From positions 62,001 through 126,000 of the forward strand of contig JADIIX010000020.1 of NCBI GenBank assembly GCA_027604505.1: DNA of 64,000 nt. Reading direction: 5' to 3'. A program made the position numbers and the translations under genes. Of the stretch, positions 35,901 through 49,386 are shown piece by piece; the first letter of the stretch is position 1, and every line of letters starts with the position of its first letter. This DNA comes from Gonapodya sp. JEL0774 (Eukaryota). Below the pieces are notes generated by a model. That model ran no database searches. It saw nothing but the letters and a program-made list of their open reading frames with translations, and had not been told where the DNA came from.

Positions 35901-38771
35901 AAGCTATTTTGGTCCTGCGGACAATAATGGTGACGACGAAACGATTGTGCCTCCCGCTGGGGAGTCCGGTGAGTTCGCAATTCTGTGTTCTTTGAAGTCA
36001 CCGTTCTGATGGCGTCGACCCCAATTCTTAGATGCAGGGTCTTGGCCTTCGGCGCTGCTTGCCTCCAAAACAAGTCCAGCTCTCATGTCTGCGATGGGGG
36101 GAATCTTACACCACTTGCGCACCCTAAAATTGGACCGAGAACTTATTTCGCAGGCTAAATTTTCTCAATATGATCCCATGCGCCGCTTAGGAACACTTCT
36201 TCTTGATGGTCAGACACTCAAGAACCTGGAGATCTTACTGAACAAAGATGATGGAACCACGAAAGGAACGCTTCTTGAGAGAGTTCAGAATTGTACAACC
36301 CCTTTTGGCAAGCGACTTCTAAGGCGTTGGCTGTGTCATCCACTTCGCAGCAAAGCGGACATTGATGCGAGGTTGGATTGTGTTGACGATCTGGCGGAAG
36401 TCAGTGGTCTCATCGACACCATTGAAACGAAGTTGAGGAAGCTGCCTGACATGGAAAGGACGCTTTCCAGGGTGCACAGCGGGGCTTGTAGGCCGAAAGA
36501 GTTCACGGGGTTGCTGAGGGGGATGCAGCTGTGCCTTGTGAGAACTTCTGTTGCATCGCGATACCGTGATTGGCCCCGACCACCATTGCTACCTCACTCA
36601 GTCCATCTTTAGTGACATTCAACCATTTGTGGACCAGTTCTCAGCGGTCCGGCTCATCAAACTCTGTACCGAGGGCATGCCTAGCAACCTGGCAGAATTG
36701 ATTGAAAATTCTGCGAAGTCCTTTGATATGATTCGCGCAGAGTCAGACAACATTATTAAGCCATCCGCTGAAGCCGACGAATTGTACGCAGAGTGTGAGC
36801 AAGGGATTGAAGCCGTTCAGAGGAAACTGAGAGAGTATCTTCTCTCCATCAGGAAGGACTTGAAGTGAGTACCTAATTGCTGGACCACTGAACGGAATAA
36901 GATTTCGTGATCACTTTCCGGTATCAGGTGTAACACAGTCAACTTTCGGGACATGGGAAAAGACAGGTATCTCTTGGAGATGCCGAGAAAAGTCACATCA
37001 ATCCCTCGCGACTGGGAACTTCGGAGTCAAACAAAGGTGGATTTTCAGTGCTCGACAACCTTTGCCCTCACGAATACTTAAGCGCAATGAGCTCTGCTTC
37101 ACCCAGGATGTACATCGGTTCTACACCCCGTCCTTACAACAACTTGTCGAGCAACTCGAAGAAGCAGAAGAATTGCTGAAAGAGGTTCGGTCTGTGCACT
37201 GGAGCTTGGTTTGTAGGTGACAAATACATCAACTCTAAATTTCTAGGCAGAGAAGGGAGCCAAATCTCGGCTTTATGCGAAGTTCGACGAGAACAGTAAT
37301 ACATGGTATTGGAGATCTCTTGGCTTTTAAACTAAATGGTGATCTCTGACATTTGCTCGATCAGGACGCGGGCAGTCAACACCATCGCGGAGCTTGATTG
37401 TCTTCTTTCTTTGGTGAGAACCAAAACCGTCTTTGGCGAACCCATCTGTCGCCCAAGTTTTCTGGAAGAAGGGGAGAGTTTCGTGGAGTTTGAAGAGTTG
37501 AGGCATCCCTGCCTAACTGTAGCGTGAGTGGACAGCAATTCTTATTGCAGCACTGTTCTTTTGACACAGAAGCGACCCCACCTGCTGGGCATGACTGACA
37601 CTTTTGAAGGCCTGGCGAGTCGCTCATACCGAACAACACAATGCTGGGCGGTGATCATCCTCCAATTGTCCTCCTTACTGGCCCAAATATGGGTGGAAAA
37701 TCTACTCTTCTTCGGCAGGTGTGCGTAGGAGTGATCCTTGCCCAGATGGTACGAAGACCCTTTTGTTTGGAGATGGTTTTCGATTCCCATCAATGGTTTT
37801 TCATTTGAAATGACAGGGCTGCTACGTTCCAGCCACTAGCTGCCGATTGAAGCCTGTTGATCGAATTTTCACGAGGATCGGTGAGTGCGGCGAGAATTGG
37901 GAAGTTTAGGATGGGTATCTAAGCAGCAGTGGTCAGGTGCGAACGACAATATCCTTGCCGGCCATTCCACATTTTTTGTCGAGCTGGCGGAGACTTCCAG
38001 GATTCTAAAGGAGGCGACGACAGATTCTCTGGTGATATTGGACGAGTGGGTCACGTTGGTGTGCCCCACAAAAGCCGTTCTTACTTAACGGCACAATTGA
38101 TCAGGCTCGGAAGAGGTACTTCCACACACGACGGCTACGCTGTGGCATATTCAGTTCTCCATCACCTAGTCGAAAGCATCGGTTGTCTCGGATTGTTCAC
38201 TACACATCACGCGTGGGTTTAATGTTCGAAAATGTTCTCGATCTCCCCTCAAAATCCCGCTTTGGCTCGCAGCATGCTGACCGAGGAGTTTAAGGATAAT
38301 CCTCTTGTTTTACGGAGCTACATGAACTTCCAGAACGACGACGAGAGGTAACTTTTTGTTCCTTATCCGGCTCGTACCGAGAAGAACTAATGGGATGATT
38401 TCTAGGCGAGAGGTAACCTTCCTTTACAAACTCGTTCCTGGTATCTCGCAGAAGTCGTATGGCATGAACGTGGCTGCGATGGCCGGGGTACCTCGCGAGG
38501 TGGGTTCACACACAAAGTCAGACAAGGAGTTTCTTCACCTGTTCCCTCCCTCCAGGTCGTCGACAAGGCCGACGCCATTGCCCAAGATTTTGAAACTCAG
38601 CAGGGATTACAGCGTGCGCGTGCTCGAGCCGCTGATACGAACCTTGCCGTATCCGTTCAAGCAGACTTCGCTTTCCTCGCGTCAAGTGGGACCGGCGATA
38701 TGGCAAACGAAAAGGACGCTATGGCAAGAGAAATAATGTTGAAGTGGAAAAGTTTGAAAGGCATTCACTAG
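32961..38771 (+). CDS. MSH6: DNA mismatch repair protein MSH6
   Basis: PIP box [41 protein letters not shown], spliced [11 protein letters not shown] (Phe-X-Glu), [24 protein letters not shown], Walker [37 protein letters not shown]. Confidence 0.95.
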
Positions 38772-38866
38772 AAAGATTTCGTCAATTTATTGTATGTGTA
38801 TGTGACTATGCATATGCACGCTTTGTAAAGCTCTTAAACATAAAGCCAAAACAGTCTACAGTGTTG

Positions 38867-41257
38867 TTACAGCTCCGAAGAAGTCGCAAGGGTCTCAATA
38901 TGAACTGTGTCGTCCACCCATTGCCCGTTTTCCCGAAGTTTTCTCTGCCAGTCTTCAAGCCACTGATAGACAACACTACTTCAAACGTTGATATACACAT
39001 CCAAAGTTCTGAAGACTTACCACGAAAAAGTTGCACTTCTTGCCAGCCTCAATCCTGTGCTCGACCCTGCGCGTTGATTCCGAATCCCCAGCTGTTCCAA
39101 TTGCCGAACAGAAGTAAAAATAGCGACCGAAATTCTTTCCCTTTTTCTTCGTGACGCAGCGAAGGTCACAAGGATTGCCACACCAACATCTGGGCGTTAG
39201 CTTCAGAGAATAGGATGGCCGATCTGTTCACAAGTCGAAGTTTCAGGTGGGGTCGCAGGTTTAGGTGGTGGTTGTTCGGGGAAGCATAGAAAACAGAGTG
39301 CCAGCAGTGCATACATACAGTATCTAAACGTGAGGTTGTAACGCGACGTTCCCGACATCGGATGCGGGACTAGAGGGGGCAACGAGGATGTAATCGGTGG
39401 CACATCGTGTCGGTAGAGTTCCTGCCAAGTGAATCACGTTGTTTAGTATCGCCACAGGTGACCGTTTGTGATTGAACACACTAACCTGCGTACCTGGTCC
39501 CATAACAAAAAGATCTCCATGCTTCAAAACGACTGCGTAAGTCTTGCCGCCATCTATTCCCCGCAGCCGAAATGCTCTGGAAGCCCCTAAAGTCAGTGAT
39601 GCGACTGTGGGAAGGGGACCAATATGATTGAGTCGGTCACCATGCCATGCCACGGATTCGCGACCATTCCCATAGTGATTGGCAACTGCGGCTCTGTTGC
39701 ACGAAATATACGAAATACGGGTAACTCTCAAGCCAAGACCTACGCTACCGCAAAATTGTTGTGAGTGCGCTTACGTTGCTCTCCACCTTCCCTCCGCCTC
39801 TAATGGGTGCCGTTGCCTCTCGGCAGAAAGCTCATTCACTCGTTCCTCGACAAGCACACGGGCAACTTCCATTTCAGTAGGATACGGTACGGCTTGTCGA
39901 ACAACGCGACCTTGGTATACATATGCAGGGGAGGACGGAGGGTCGACGACAGGATAGCCAGTTGGAGAGCGATTGGGTGTTCCATCAGGTGTGGCGAGGG
40001 ATTCCTCATGAACCGCACCACTATTATCTCCGTCAACTTTGTTCACGAGATCGTTCTCTGCCAGAAACCGCAACCCAGCACCTCCATCCTCCATCAACTC
40101 GTCAGTGGCGGTGTCCGAATTGCCTTCAATCTTGGGTTCGATATAAAACCCGCCCTTCCGATTCGCAGTAACTATTCGTTCACCTACAATATACTGTCCG
40201 AACTCCCACTCCTTAGAGTCGTTCATAAGCCGAAGAAGGAGCGGATCGGCCAAATCGTGGGAAAGAAAAGACCGAATCAGGGTGCATGTGGGCAAATTTG
40301 TGGAAACAGCTTCCGGCGTGGAGAGAAGGAGTAAAGGATAACTAGCACGAGGCTTCTTAACTAAAGGACCTTCAAAGAGCGAAGCTGACCCAGGTGTGGA
40401 TGCAGGCCATCGAAGCAGACTGAGGGCTGAATTTTGGGGTGGATCGGGTGGATCAAGGGCCACCGGTTCGGGACGCGTTCGTTTCAGAGAATTTAGGCTG
40501 GACCGATGCATTGAGACAACGGTGGAAGAAGCGGTCCCAAAAAAGGACTTGCCGTACGCGACGCCAGAAGACGAAGAAGGTTGGATTCCCATAGCATCGC
40601 CCGTGATAGTCCTTTGGCCATTCTGCGGATTATATCCTGCATCCGAGATATTTAATGCATGAGTTGGAATCAACGGTGGAGAGTCGGGGGGCGCGGAGGT
40701 TAAATTTGGAAGCGTTACAGAACTGGGTTCCTCATCTCCATCACCAGTCGCGATGACAACCGAGGACAAGGGGTTAAGTGAGACCCCAGCGGAGTCGGGT
40801 GAATGAGAAACAGGGGCTGTAAGTGCGAGTTTACGCAGCCCAACGGTGCCAATCTTGATGCGATTTTGGTCAGACAATTTGCAAGCACCAAGTCATTGGC
40901 TCGAGAATTAGAACATACCCCATGAGCTTGCTGTACATCTTTCGGGTCTTTCTTAATCCAGTCATCGATTCCTTTGGCAGGAGACGTGTTCCCTTTCCCC
41001 ATCCGCTTCTTCCCCGGTTTGTACTGTCGAGGAGGAGGACCCTTGAGCAAGATGTAGTTGGCCGCTCCATCCTGTAAGAGGAGAAGAATATCCCGATGTC
41101 GGAAACCGGTGGAGAAAGAATACGGTAGGGATCTGTCACTCACCACAGAGCCGTTCGCGGCTTTCAATGCCCAAATACATGTCCTAGCATCTACATCGTC
41201 CCTTTCTTCAAAGATCTGAAGGAGTCGACCCACGGACTCGTCTCGGTCGGTGGTCAT
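38867..41257 (-). CDS. AlkB-family (ALKBH2/3-like) 2OG-Fe(II) dioxygenase with N-terminal CUE-like and C-terminal GRF-type zinc finger domains
   Basis: ANHYGNGRESVAWHGD..VASLTLGASRAFRL..LKHGDLFVM..YRHDVPP..RYNLTFR (HxD..H..R). N-terminus LLQIF..ALKAANGSV|DGAANYIL. C-terminus CGNPCDLR..NFGRYFYFC..CNFFVW. Confidence 0.85.
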
Positions 41258-41351
41258 TTGTGGGCATGTCTCAGAATTGCGAAGACTAGAGTAGGTGCCT
41301 GAAAATCCGGAACCAACCCCTCCTATCGATTCCACTCATTCTGCTCTGGAA

Positions 41352-42848
41352 ATGGCACAAAAGAAGGTAAAACAAAATGCCCTGTATTGCCTGCATTCAA
41401 TTTCTAAGCCATCATTCTTTTCCACGCGTGCTCACATTCTCCAACGCCGGAGTGAAGACGATCCTGATCACCGGTGTCTCCCGCGGCTTAGGGATCTCCG
41501 CAATGGAAGCAGCTCTCAAGCTCGATTGTTGCGTCGTAGGAATCGCCCGATCCAAACCCGACGAACGGCTCGCGCGTCTCTTGGAAACGTACAAGAACGT
41601 GTCGATGTTCGTGCAGGGGGACGTGTGCGATCAAGAAGTGCAGGCGAGGGCGGTGAACGCTGCGGTGGGCAAGTTTGGTGGACTTGATGGTGGGTTGCCT
41701 CGAGGAGCTTTTTCATTTCGCATGGACGCTCCAACATCTCCACAACTGACGTACATGTGTACCTCGAACCCCCACACCACACAAACCCCCCCCCCCCCCC
41801 CCCCTCACACCCCCGTGCCAATCCTCGACGCTCCAGCCGTTCTTCACAACGCCGCCGTCCTCGACCCGCTCTCCCCAATCGACACCTCTTCTGACGTAGA
41901 GTGGAAACGCAGTTTTGATATCAACTTCCACTCAGCAGTAGCGCTCACAAAAGTGGCACTACCGCATCTCAGAGAATCCACGAAACGACGTGGGGAGCTT
42001 GGTTTGTTTCCCGTATTCTACTGTTCCTCGTTGTTGAGCGTGCTCTGAGCTACGTCACCCTGTGACACTGGGCCACCGTTAGCGAAACTCATTTTCGTCT
42101 CGTCCGGTGCCGCCGAGCACGCCTATTACTCTTGGGGTGCTTACTGCACATCAAAAGCGGCCCTGCACATGTTTGCAAAAGTTGTCGCCAAGGAAGAGGA
42201 AGGTGTGATCGTCAGCGCGAGTGTGAAGCCAGGAGGTGAGTGCGTGTGCTCGCGATGACCATCGAGAGAAGGTCTGAAAAAGGAATGTTGGTTGCAAGTG
42301 GGATCGTGACATCTCGGTGGTCTTCGGTAATATTGAACTCATCTGAGCCGCCTCCCCACACTAGTCGTGGACACTGCCATGCAAACCACCATTCGCACCA
42401 CTGGAAGCACTGTCATGCGTTCCCAAGACCACGCAAGTTTCGTCGCGCGCTATGAAAAGGGTGAATTGAACGGTGAGTGTCGGTGTGGGGTAGTTGTCCG
42501 CGGTACCCTCGTCCCGTCATACAGACCTTTGCCTGTTCACACACGATTCTACTCCACGGCAAACTCCATGTCCACGATTGGCGCGACCCTTTTACAAAGA
42601 TCCTGACACCGTGGGCTACGTTCTGGCCCGGCTCGTGAGTGCTCTGGTCGTTCTATGGCGTTATCCCTTCCGAACGTTACTGCACCTCGCCAACGACACG
42701 TGCCCCACGTTCCCATCCTCACACCCACCCACCCACTCACACAACCCACACTACGCTCAAGTCCATCTCCTGCCCTGCTTCCTTGTCGGGTGAAATCTTC
42801 ACGTGGAACGACGCGACCGTGGCCGAGTTTCAAGCGCCGCAACAGTGA
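41352..42848 (+). CDS. Short-chain dehydrogenase/reductase (sepiapterin/benzil reductase-like)
   Basis: ILITGVSRGLG, QGDV, HNAAVL, FVSSGAA..SWGAYCTSKAAL (YxxxK), PG|VVDTAMQ. Confidence 0.85.
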
Positions 42849-44023
42849 GCATCACGATATGAGCTCTGTACACGTTCACCGAGTACACCTCCACCGACTA
42901 GAGCAGTGTTGTGCACACACATACGGATGGTTTTGGTGTGTGTTTGAATGAGTGGGTTGAGGTGGTGTGGAGCGTGGGCAGCGGACAAACGAGATCTGTT
43001 GTACAGCAGGGGTATTACAAAGATATCACGCTACGTGTCATCAGGACTCATTATGTATGTTTTCAAGCGAGCGTTGCTACACCGGCTTTTGCATGTGGGG
43101 AGTGGCAGGTTTATTCCTGACCGTCATGAACCTGCCACGCAGACATGAGGATGGCGTCATCTTTTCCTTTTCCGACAGCAATACCGGGTACTACAGATTT
43201 GTCGCGAGAAAACTTGACTGCTGGGATACTTCCCTGCAAGTGGCCGAGCGGGTGAGGTGAGTCACCGACTCAACAAATTACAACCCCGGACCACACAGGT
43301 CACGCACGATACGTCCAGATCAGATCATAAAAACACTTTGCAACAAGTGTACTACTGCAGGGTTGTAGGATTATAGGGTTGCAGTGTAGGGTATATGTAT
43401 TGTAAGTCCGTACTCTGTACCGTTCTGAGTCCTCTAGGGGTAAAGATTAAAGACCAAAGCCAAACCCACCACGGGGTGCCGGCGGCGGGGGTGCCACAAC
43501 AGACACACTCACACAGCTCACACATACTGGCACATGCAGCGCACACAACACACGCACCACCCACACCACGGATCTGGAGGGTCTGAACGTGTGAATCCAA
43601 CCCGGCCACCCGGGGTGGTCACGCCCACGCTCCCGTCCACCATCCCGTCTTCCCGCCATCCCCACATCCCGCCATCCCTCCATCCCTCCATCCCGCCCAA
43701 CCCCTCCTCCCTCCTTCCGCCCTTCTCTTCCCGCACTCCCCCCTCCCCCACTCCCCACCGCATGAGTTCCCGCCTCGTACCCCGTACCCCGTACCCCGTG
43801 CCAGTTGTGTCAGTTCGTTTCCCAAACCCCGGGTCCCTGGTCCCTGGTCCACAGTCCATAGTCAAGAGTCGCGAGTCACAACAGAGGGGAGACGCGATGG
43901 GGATGGGGAGTGGGAGTGGAGGGGTGCAGGGGTGCGGGGTGTGCGGAGTGCGGTGGGGGAGGGCCCGAGGAGGGGAGGGAGGACCGGCTCACCAAAACTC
44001 TCGAGCCTCTCGAGCTCACCCGC

Positions 44024-45876
44024 TCACCACTCGCCCCCGCCCCCACCCCCGGCGGCCACCTCCACATCCACCACCACGTCGTCCCCCTCAACCACCACGT
44101 CTGCCATGGCCGTCGCCGTCGCCGCCGCCTTGCCTACTCCCTTCTCCTTCCCTGCTCCCTTCCCACTCCCGCTCCCGTCCCCCTTTTCCACGCCCACCCC
44201 CTTCCCCCCCTCCCCCCTCAAAATCCTCCTCACCTCTTCCAAATCCCCGCCCACGATCTCCCTCATCATCTGTCCCACGTCCCGCTCGTCCCAGGTGCCA
44301 AAGGTCCTCGCGAGGGGGGCGGGGGCGGGGGCGGGCTTGCCACCGCCGGCCACCGCGACCACCCCAGGCGCAGGGCCCTCGCCTTCCAAGAGGGCCGCGA
44401 AGGCCGCGTCGGACCAGAGCGGGGGGGACACGAGGACGGCGAGGAGAGGGGGTAAGGGGTGGGTGAGGTGGGCGGACCAGGAGAATGTGGTGGGTGGGGA
44501 GGGTGGTGGGGAGGACGGGGAGGGTGCAGGTGATGACGGTGACGAGCGATCCCTGTCCGCGCGGGCAAAGGCCGACACAAGCGAGTGTGGCGAGGATGCG
44601 GAGGTGAACGTTGCGGCGCGGAGGATCTTGACAGACTCGGTGTGCCGCATGGCGAGGCGGTGGAGGCGGGCTGCGGGGTGGTCGGGGTACTCGTGGTCCT
44701 GGGCCAGCTCCTCGTCCTGGTCCTGTGACGACGGTGGTAGGGGTCCGTCTGCCCTCCACCACCACCCGTCCCCGTCCTGGGCCTCGCGCAACCAGTCCTT
44801 GACAAACTCGGATCCCTGCGCCGTGCCGGCCATGAGCGTCCAGTCGAGAGCGAACCTGTTCCCCCTGTGGTTCCCGGCGCCGCGCATGTCGCGGTCCGTG
44901 GGGAGGAACCAGGACTCGTCGCCGTCCCAGGTTTGGGGGAGGATGCCGTGGTGGTGGGAGAGGTGGGAGAGGTTGCGGAGGAGGAGGAGGTGGGGGTTGA
45001 TGACGTAGCCGCCGTTGCGGCGGAGGATGTTGGGGATGAGGAGGTCGAGGGGAGTGGGGCGGGCGGGGGAGGCGGGGCGGTCGGGGTCAAGGGAGGAGAG
45101 GGAGTCGTCTGGGATGATTGAGTGGGAGACGAGTTTTGAGGCGAGGTGGAACCATGGGGAAGAGACGAGAGCGGGGTGTGAGGAAGGGTGGTGGAGGAAG
45201 AGGCGGTCAGGTTTTGCGTGGTGGAGGATTGACTTTATGGCGAAGTAGTTCCAGGCTGTGAATTTGTGAGGGAGAGGGGTTGAAGAGGAGGAGGAGGAGG
45301 AAGGTGAGAGTGCGGGAGAGGAAGGAGGGGGGAATATGATGTGGAATACGTTTGGNNNNNNNNNNGAATTTGGGCGGGCGCGGGGCCGAACCGGCGCACG
45401 CGGCCCCCGGCGCGCGCGCGGGAGAGGACGGCGGCCGGAATCCGAGGGGGAATACGTTTGGGATTTGAGGGTTGTTGAGGCAGGAATGGGGGAGGGAGCG
45501 AGGCCAGATCTGGGTATTGGGGGTATTGGGGGTATTGGGGGGTATGGGGGGGTGGGGGTGGGGGTGGGAGGGAGAGGAGGGAGAGATTGGGGAGGGAGGG
45601 AGGGAGGGAGGGAGAGGAGAATGGGGAAGATGGATGGGTGAGGGAACAAGGACAGATGGCAAGAAGGAGAGAGAGAGAGAGAACAGAGACACAGACGTTC
45701 CCACCGGGCACAGGACAAGGGTGGACAAGTTGTAGGGAGGGAGAGAACCAAATTGAGCAGGATAAGGACGAGTACCAGGACATTGACAGGAAGTAGATGA
45801 GAAGAGCCGAGTTTGCCACGACAAGTGCGGATTGGAATGTTGGGGACAGAGCGCGGCGGGACAAGAACGGCGCCAT
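44024..45876 (-). CDS. Type II membrane glycosyltransferase family 32-like protein (DXD motif degenerate); spans an assembly gap, 3' end uncertain
   Basis: N-terminal hydrophobic anchor (ALVVANSALLIYFLSMSWY), PNVFHII, FTAWNYFAIKSILHHAKPDRLFLH, LDLLIPNILRRNGGYVINPHLLLLR, LMAGTAQGSEFVKDWL. Confidence 0.5.
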
Positions 45877-46464
45877 GGTGGGCGGTGGGTGGGCGGTGGG
45901 GAGAGTGGGCGGTGGGTGGGGAGAGTGCGGGGGTGGGAGGGAGGTGTGGGGAAGTGGGAGGTGTGGAGGACGAGGCGCGGAGAGGGCAGAGGGGAGAGGG
46001 CGGGACAGGCGAGAGGGCGAGAGGGGGACAGGGCGACACAAGGGATGCAGGGTCCCCAGAGCCGGGAAATGAAACAGGGATGCAGGCTCTGTGTGGCGTG
46101 AGGGACCGCGGATTGGGCGGGGGTGCGAGAACGCTGTGTGTGTGATCGGGATGTGTGACCGCAGCACTCGAGATGCTTTGGAGACTTTCTCTTTCAAAAC
46201 TAGTGCCAAACCAGTTCAAGCCTTGTCAGTTAGGCCCCACTTTCAACTCTCTCACACACAAACAGTGACAACCTAAAAGCTTCACACTCCTTCACTGGGC
46301 ACTCTTATGGCTTGTAATTATGTATGATCACTGTCTGTGACTTTTCACACAGCTCCATCCGCTTCTTGGATTCTGTATGCTATGTTTCATGGACCTGAGT
46401 GATCATAACATAGATTCAAATTGCCACAGGATCTCCTCCATCGCCACTTCTGTGATAATTCAAA

Positions 46465-46635
46465 AGTCATGAAAATGTGGTGTGGTGCTCACCTATATAC
46501 ATTGTAGTTGTCTGCAGCTCCAATCTAGGTCTTCATTTCGAAAAGCAGTCATGAAAATGTGGTGTGGTGCTCACCTATATACATTGTAGTTGCCCACAGC
46601 TCCGAATTCCAAGCTAGGTCTCCATTTTGAAACGC
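46465..46635 (+). repeat. Two-copy tandem duplication (~82-89 bp unit) in CpG-poor intergenic DNA
   Basis: Identical 46-bp core AGTCATGAAAATGTGGTGTGGTGCTCACCTATATACATTGTAGTTG starts at 46465 and 46547, followed by similar CAGCTCC..CTAGGTC..CATTT tails. Confidence 0.85.
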
Positions 46636-47126
46636 TTTCCAGAAATGTTTGCTGCACTATCTTGCTGTAGAATCACAGAAGGTGACTGGCACTCTGGTCA
46701 CTCAACGATATATCAATGAAATCTACCTGATGATTCCTTTTGGGTGCAATCAGGAAAGGCTAGTGCGTTGTAACGTGTGTAAGCACATATTCACATTGCC
46801 CCGGCCTTTTGTAGAATGATCAGCCGTTTCAGCACACATGGAAATTAGCGAAGCGTCAATGCAACAGAATTGCATCCAATCCACCTGTCACCATGTGACA
46901 TGGACCAAATAGATGACGTGTGATTGGCGTGATCGTGACCACAGCAGCACACAGTTTCTCTTTCCCGCACGGTCCAGCGTGTGCTGTGTGTCTATGGGAC
47001 CACCACTCTGTGCCTGTCTTTCCTCTCTGCCCCACCACTCGCATCCCAGACCACCATCTGCAGTGTGTCGCCCGTGGTTCTCTCTGCTGTGTCAGTCTGA
47101 GTCCACGTCATCGCTCGCTCCCCACA

Positions 47127-49369
47127 ATGAAGCGTCCAAATCCCATCAAGTCTCGGTCGCTGCCAAAGCGTCCGTTCAAGAAACCGAAATTCTCTGTCAA
47201 GGACGACCAAGACGATTCACCCGCGCAGTCACTTCTCCACTCCCCTTCTCTCCCACTCCCTCCCCCGACTGTTCCTTCGCACCCTTCTCCCCCTCTCCTC
47301 CCCTCCCTCCCTCCCCATCCCCCCAATCCTCCCCAACCCCTTCCCCCACAACCCCCGCTCTCCCATCAACTCCAATCCTCCCACCTTCCTCTCAAGTCGC
47401 TCCCCGGTACCGACTTTCTCGTCCTCCCCGTCGTCCTCCCTCCACCCTCCGTCCCAGTCTCCTTCTTCTCACGCCCCTCAAACTCTTCAAACTCCTCAAA
47501 CTCCCCGCTCCCGCTCTCAAACCCTCCAGACCTCTCATCCGTCACCCACTACATCTACTTCAAACCCCACTCTCCCTCCCCTTCGTCCTCCTCTCCCCTA
47601 CCCCACTCCTCCTTCCTTCCCCCACGCCGCACGCTCTTCCTCTCAAACCTCCCCATACACGCCTCGCCTGCCCACCTCAAACGCCTTTTTCGCCACTGCG
47701 GCACAGTCCAGCACGTCGTCTGGGCTGACGACTTGCCATGGTGGAAGAGGGACGAGGAGAGGGCCAGAAAGGACGGCACGATTCGCCAGCAAGAGGATGG
47801 CACCGACGTCGTGGTCGAACAAGATCCGTCTGGTGACCGTGACGGCGACGGCGACGAGGACAGCAACGACCACGGCGACGAACCCTACAAAGAAGACACC
47901 GCTGGTTCCACCACCACCCGCACCGTCCCCCCCACCCCCCCCTACCACTCCCTCTCTCGCCTCCCCCTGGCCCCCTTCTCCCCCCTCCTGTCCCCCTTTT
48001 CGTACCCCCCCTGGCGCCCCCACGGGTCCGGATCCACCGCCCACCTGGTTTTTTACGAGGAGGACGCGGTGGACAAGGCTATGGGGATGCCTCAGAGAAG
48101 GAGGGTGTGGGGGGTAGACGGGGACCGGGAGAGGGACGGGGAGGGGGCGGAACACGGAGAGGAGGGACTGGGACAGGGAGACGTGGGCGTCGTGGCGCGG
48201 TGGAAGAGGAGGGCAGAGGGGGGGAGAGTACCAGTGGGAATGGAAGGTGGGTGTTGAGTGGCGAGTGGCGGGTGGGCGCGGGAAGTGGGTCGGGCAAGTC
48301 GGGGACGGGGTGGTGGAGTCGTGGAGTCGTGGGGGTGCGGTTGGTGGTGGGCAGATCGTTCGTCGGGGTTGTTTTTTGGCTTTGGTGTGTGGTGTGTGGT
48401 GTGTGGTGTCGTTTTTCGTATTGGATATTTTTTCGTGCGTGTGTGAATGTGTGCGATGGGTGCTGGTGATGTCGTGGCGGTGCGGTGGGTGGGGTGGGGC
48501 AGATCGTCGGTGTTGGGTTTTGGGTGTGGTGTGGTGCAGTTTTGTTGCGCGATGGGTTTGGCGCCGCAGTCGTCCCATCTTCCCATCTTCCCATCTTCCC
48601 ATGTCCTCCCACGCCCGATCTTCCCCCTGCCCTCCCTCCCCCCTCTTCCCTTAGCCCACCTCCTCGTCCACCACCTCCACCGCCCGCCCCGCTCCGCTCT
48701 GTTCCCCAGCCTCACCTCCCACATCCTCTCCCACGACCGGGCGGCCCTTCTTCTCCGCGCCGCCAAAAGGGAACCGAAGGTGGATGAAGATGGGTTCACG
48801 GTGGTCAGGGAGGGGGAGGGGTTTAGGCCGGTTGGGGGGGCAGGGAAGGGGGGCGGGGAGAAGGGGTAGAGATGGTCGGGGGCCCGGGGGGGGGGGGGGG
48901 GGGGGGGGGGAGGAATGGCAGACACGTGCGTGCGGTTGGTCGGTGGACGGTTGGGCGGTGGACGGTGGATGGTGGAGCTGGGTCCCCCCCGCCCCACCCC
49001 CCGTTTCTTGCCCCTCTCGTGTTTTCCCCTCGCTTTTTCTTTTTCCGTCTCTGGTTTTGTGGCTTTTGGGTTTTCGTCGTTGTGTGCCGCGTTCTGCTCC
49101 GTCTGGCTCACCGTCCCCCTTCGCACTCCACAACCCCCCACCCCCCCCCCCCCCACCCCCCGCCCCGACAGACCCCCCCCCCCCCCCCCCCCCCCCCCNN
49201 NNNNNNNNGTTGGGGGGGGGCCGGTGGGGCGGTGGCCGGTGGAGGGTGGCGCGGGGGCCCCCCCCCCCCCCCTCCCCCCCCAGCCCTTGCCACCCTCCGC
49301 CAGCAGTTCGAAGAGGACAAGAAGAAGGTGGCGGCCATGAAGGCCAAGAGGGTGTTTCGGCCGGCTTGA
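47127..49369 (+). CDS. RRP7: Ribosomal RNA-processing protein 7 (spans an assembly gap)
   Basis: RTLFLSNLPIHASPAHLKRLF, GSTAHLVFYEEDAVDKA, EPKVDEDGFTVV, C-terminal LRQQFEEDKKKVAAMKAKRVFRPA. Confidence 0.85.
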
Positions 49370-49386
49370 AAAACGAAGAAAAAGGG

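Noticed and set aside
45330..45465. Duplicated GGAATACGTTTGG on both sides of an N gap, with odd GC-only sequence between
   Set aside because: Most likely low-quality contig ends and an assembly artefact, not a biological duplication.
46465..46635. Direct repeat with intervening sequence, as a possible CRISPR array
   Set aside because: Only two copies, the intervening parts are similar to each other, the context is eukaryotic, and no cas genes are present.
48880..49285. Near-duplicate GGTGGACGG/GGTGGCCGG segments and long G/C runs around the second N gap
   Set aside because: Probable mis-assembly; part of the RRP7 coding sequence seems to be missing here, so no claim of truncation is made.
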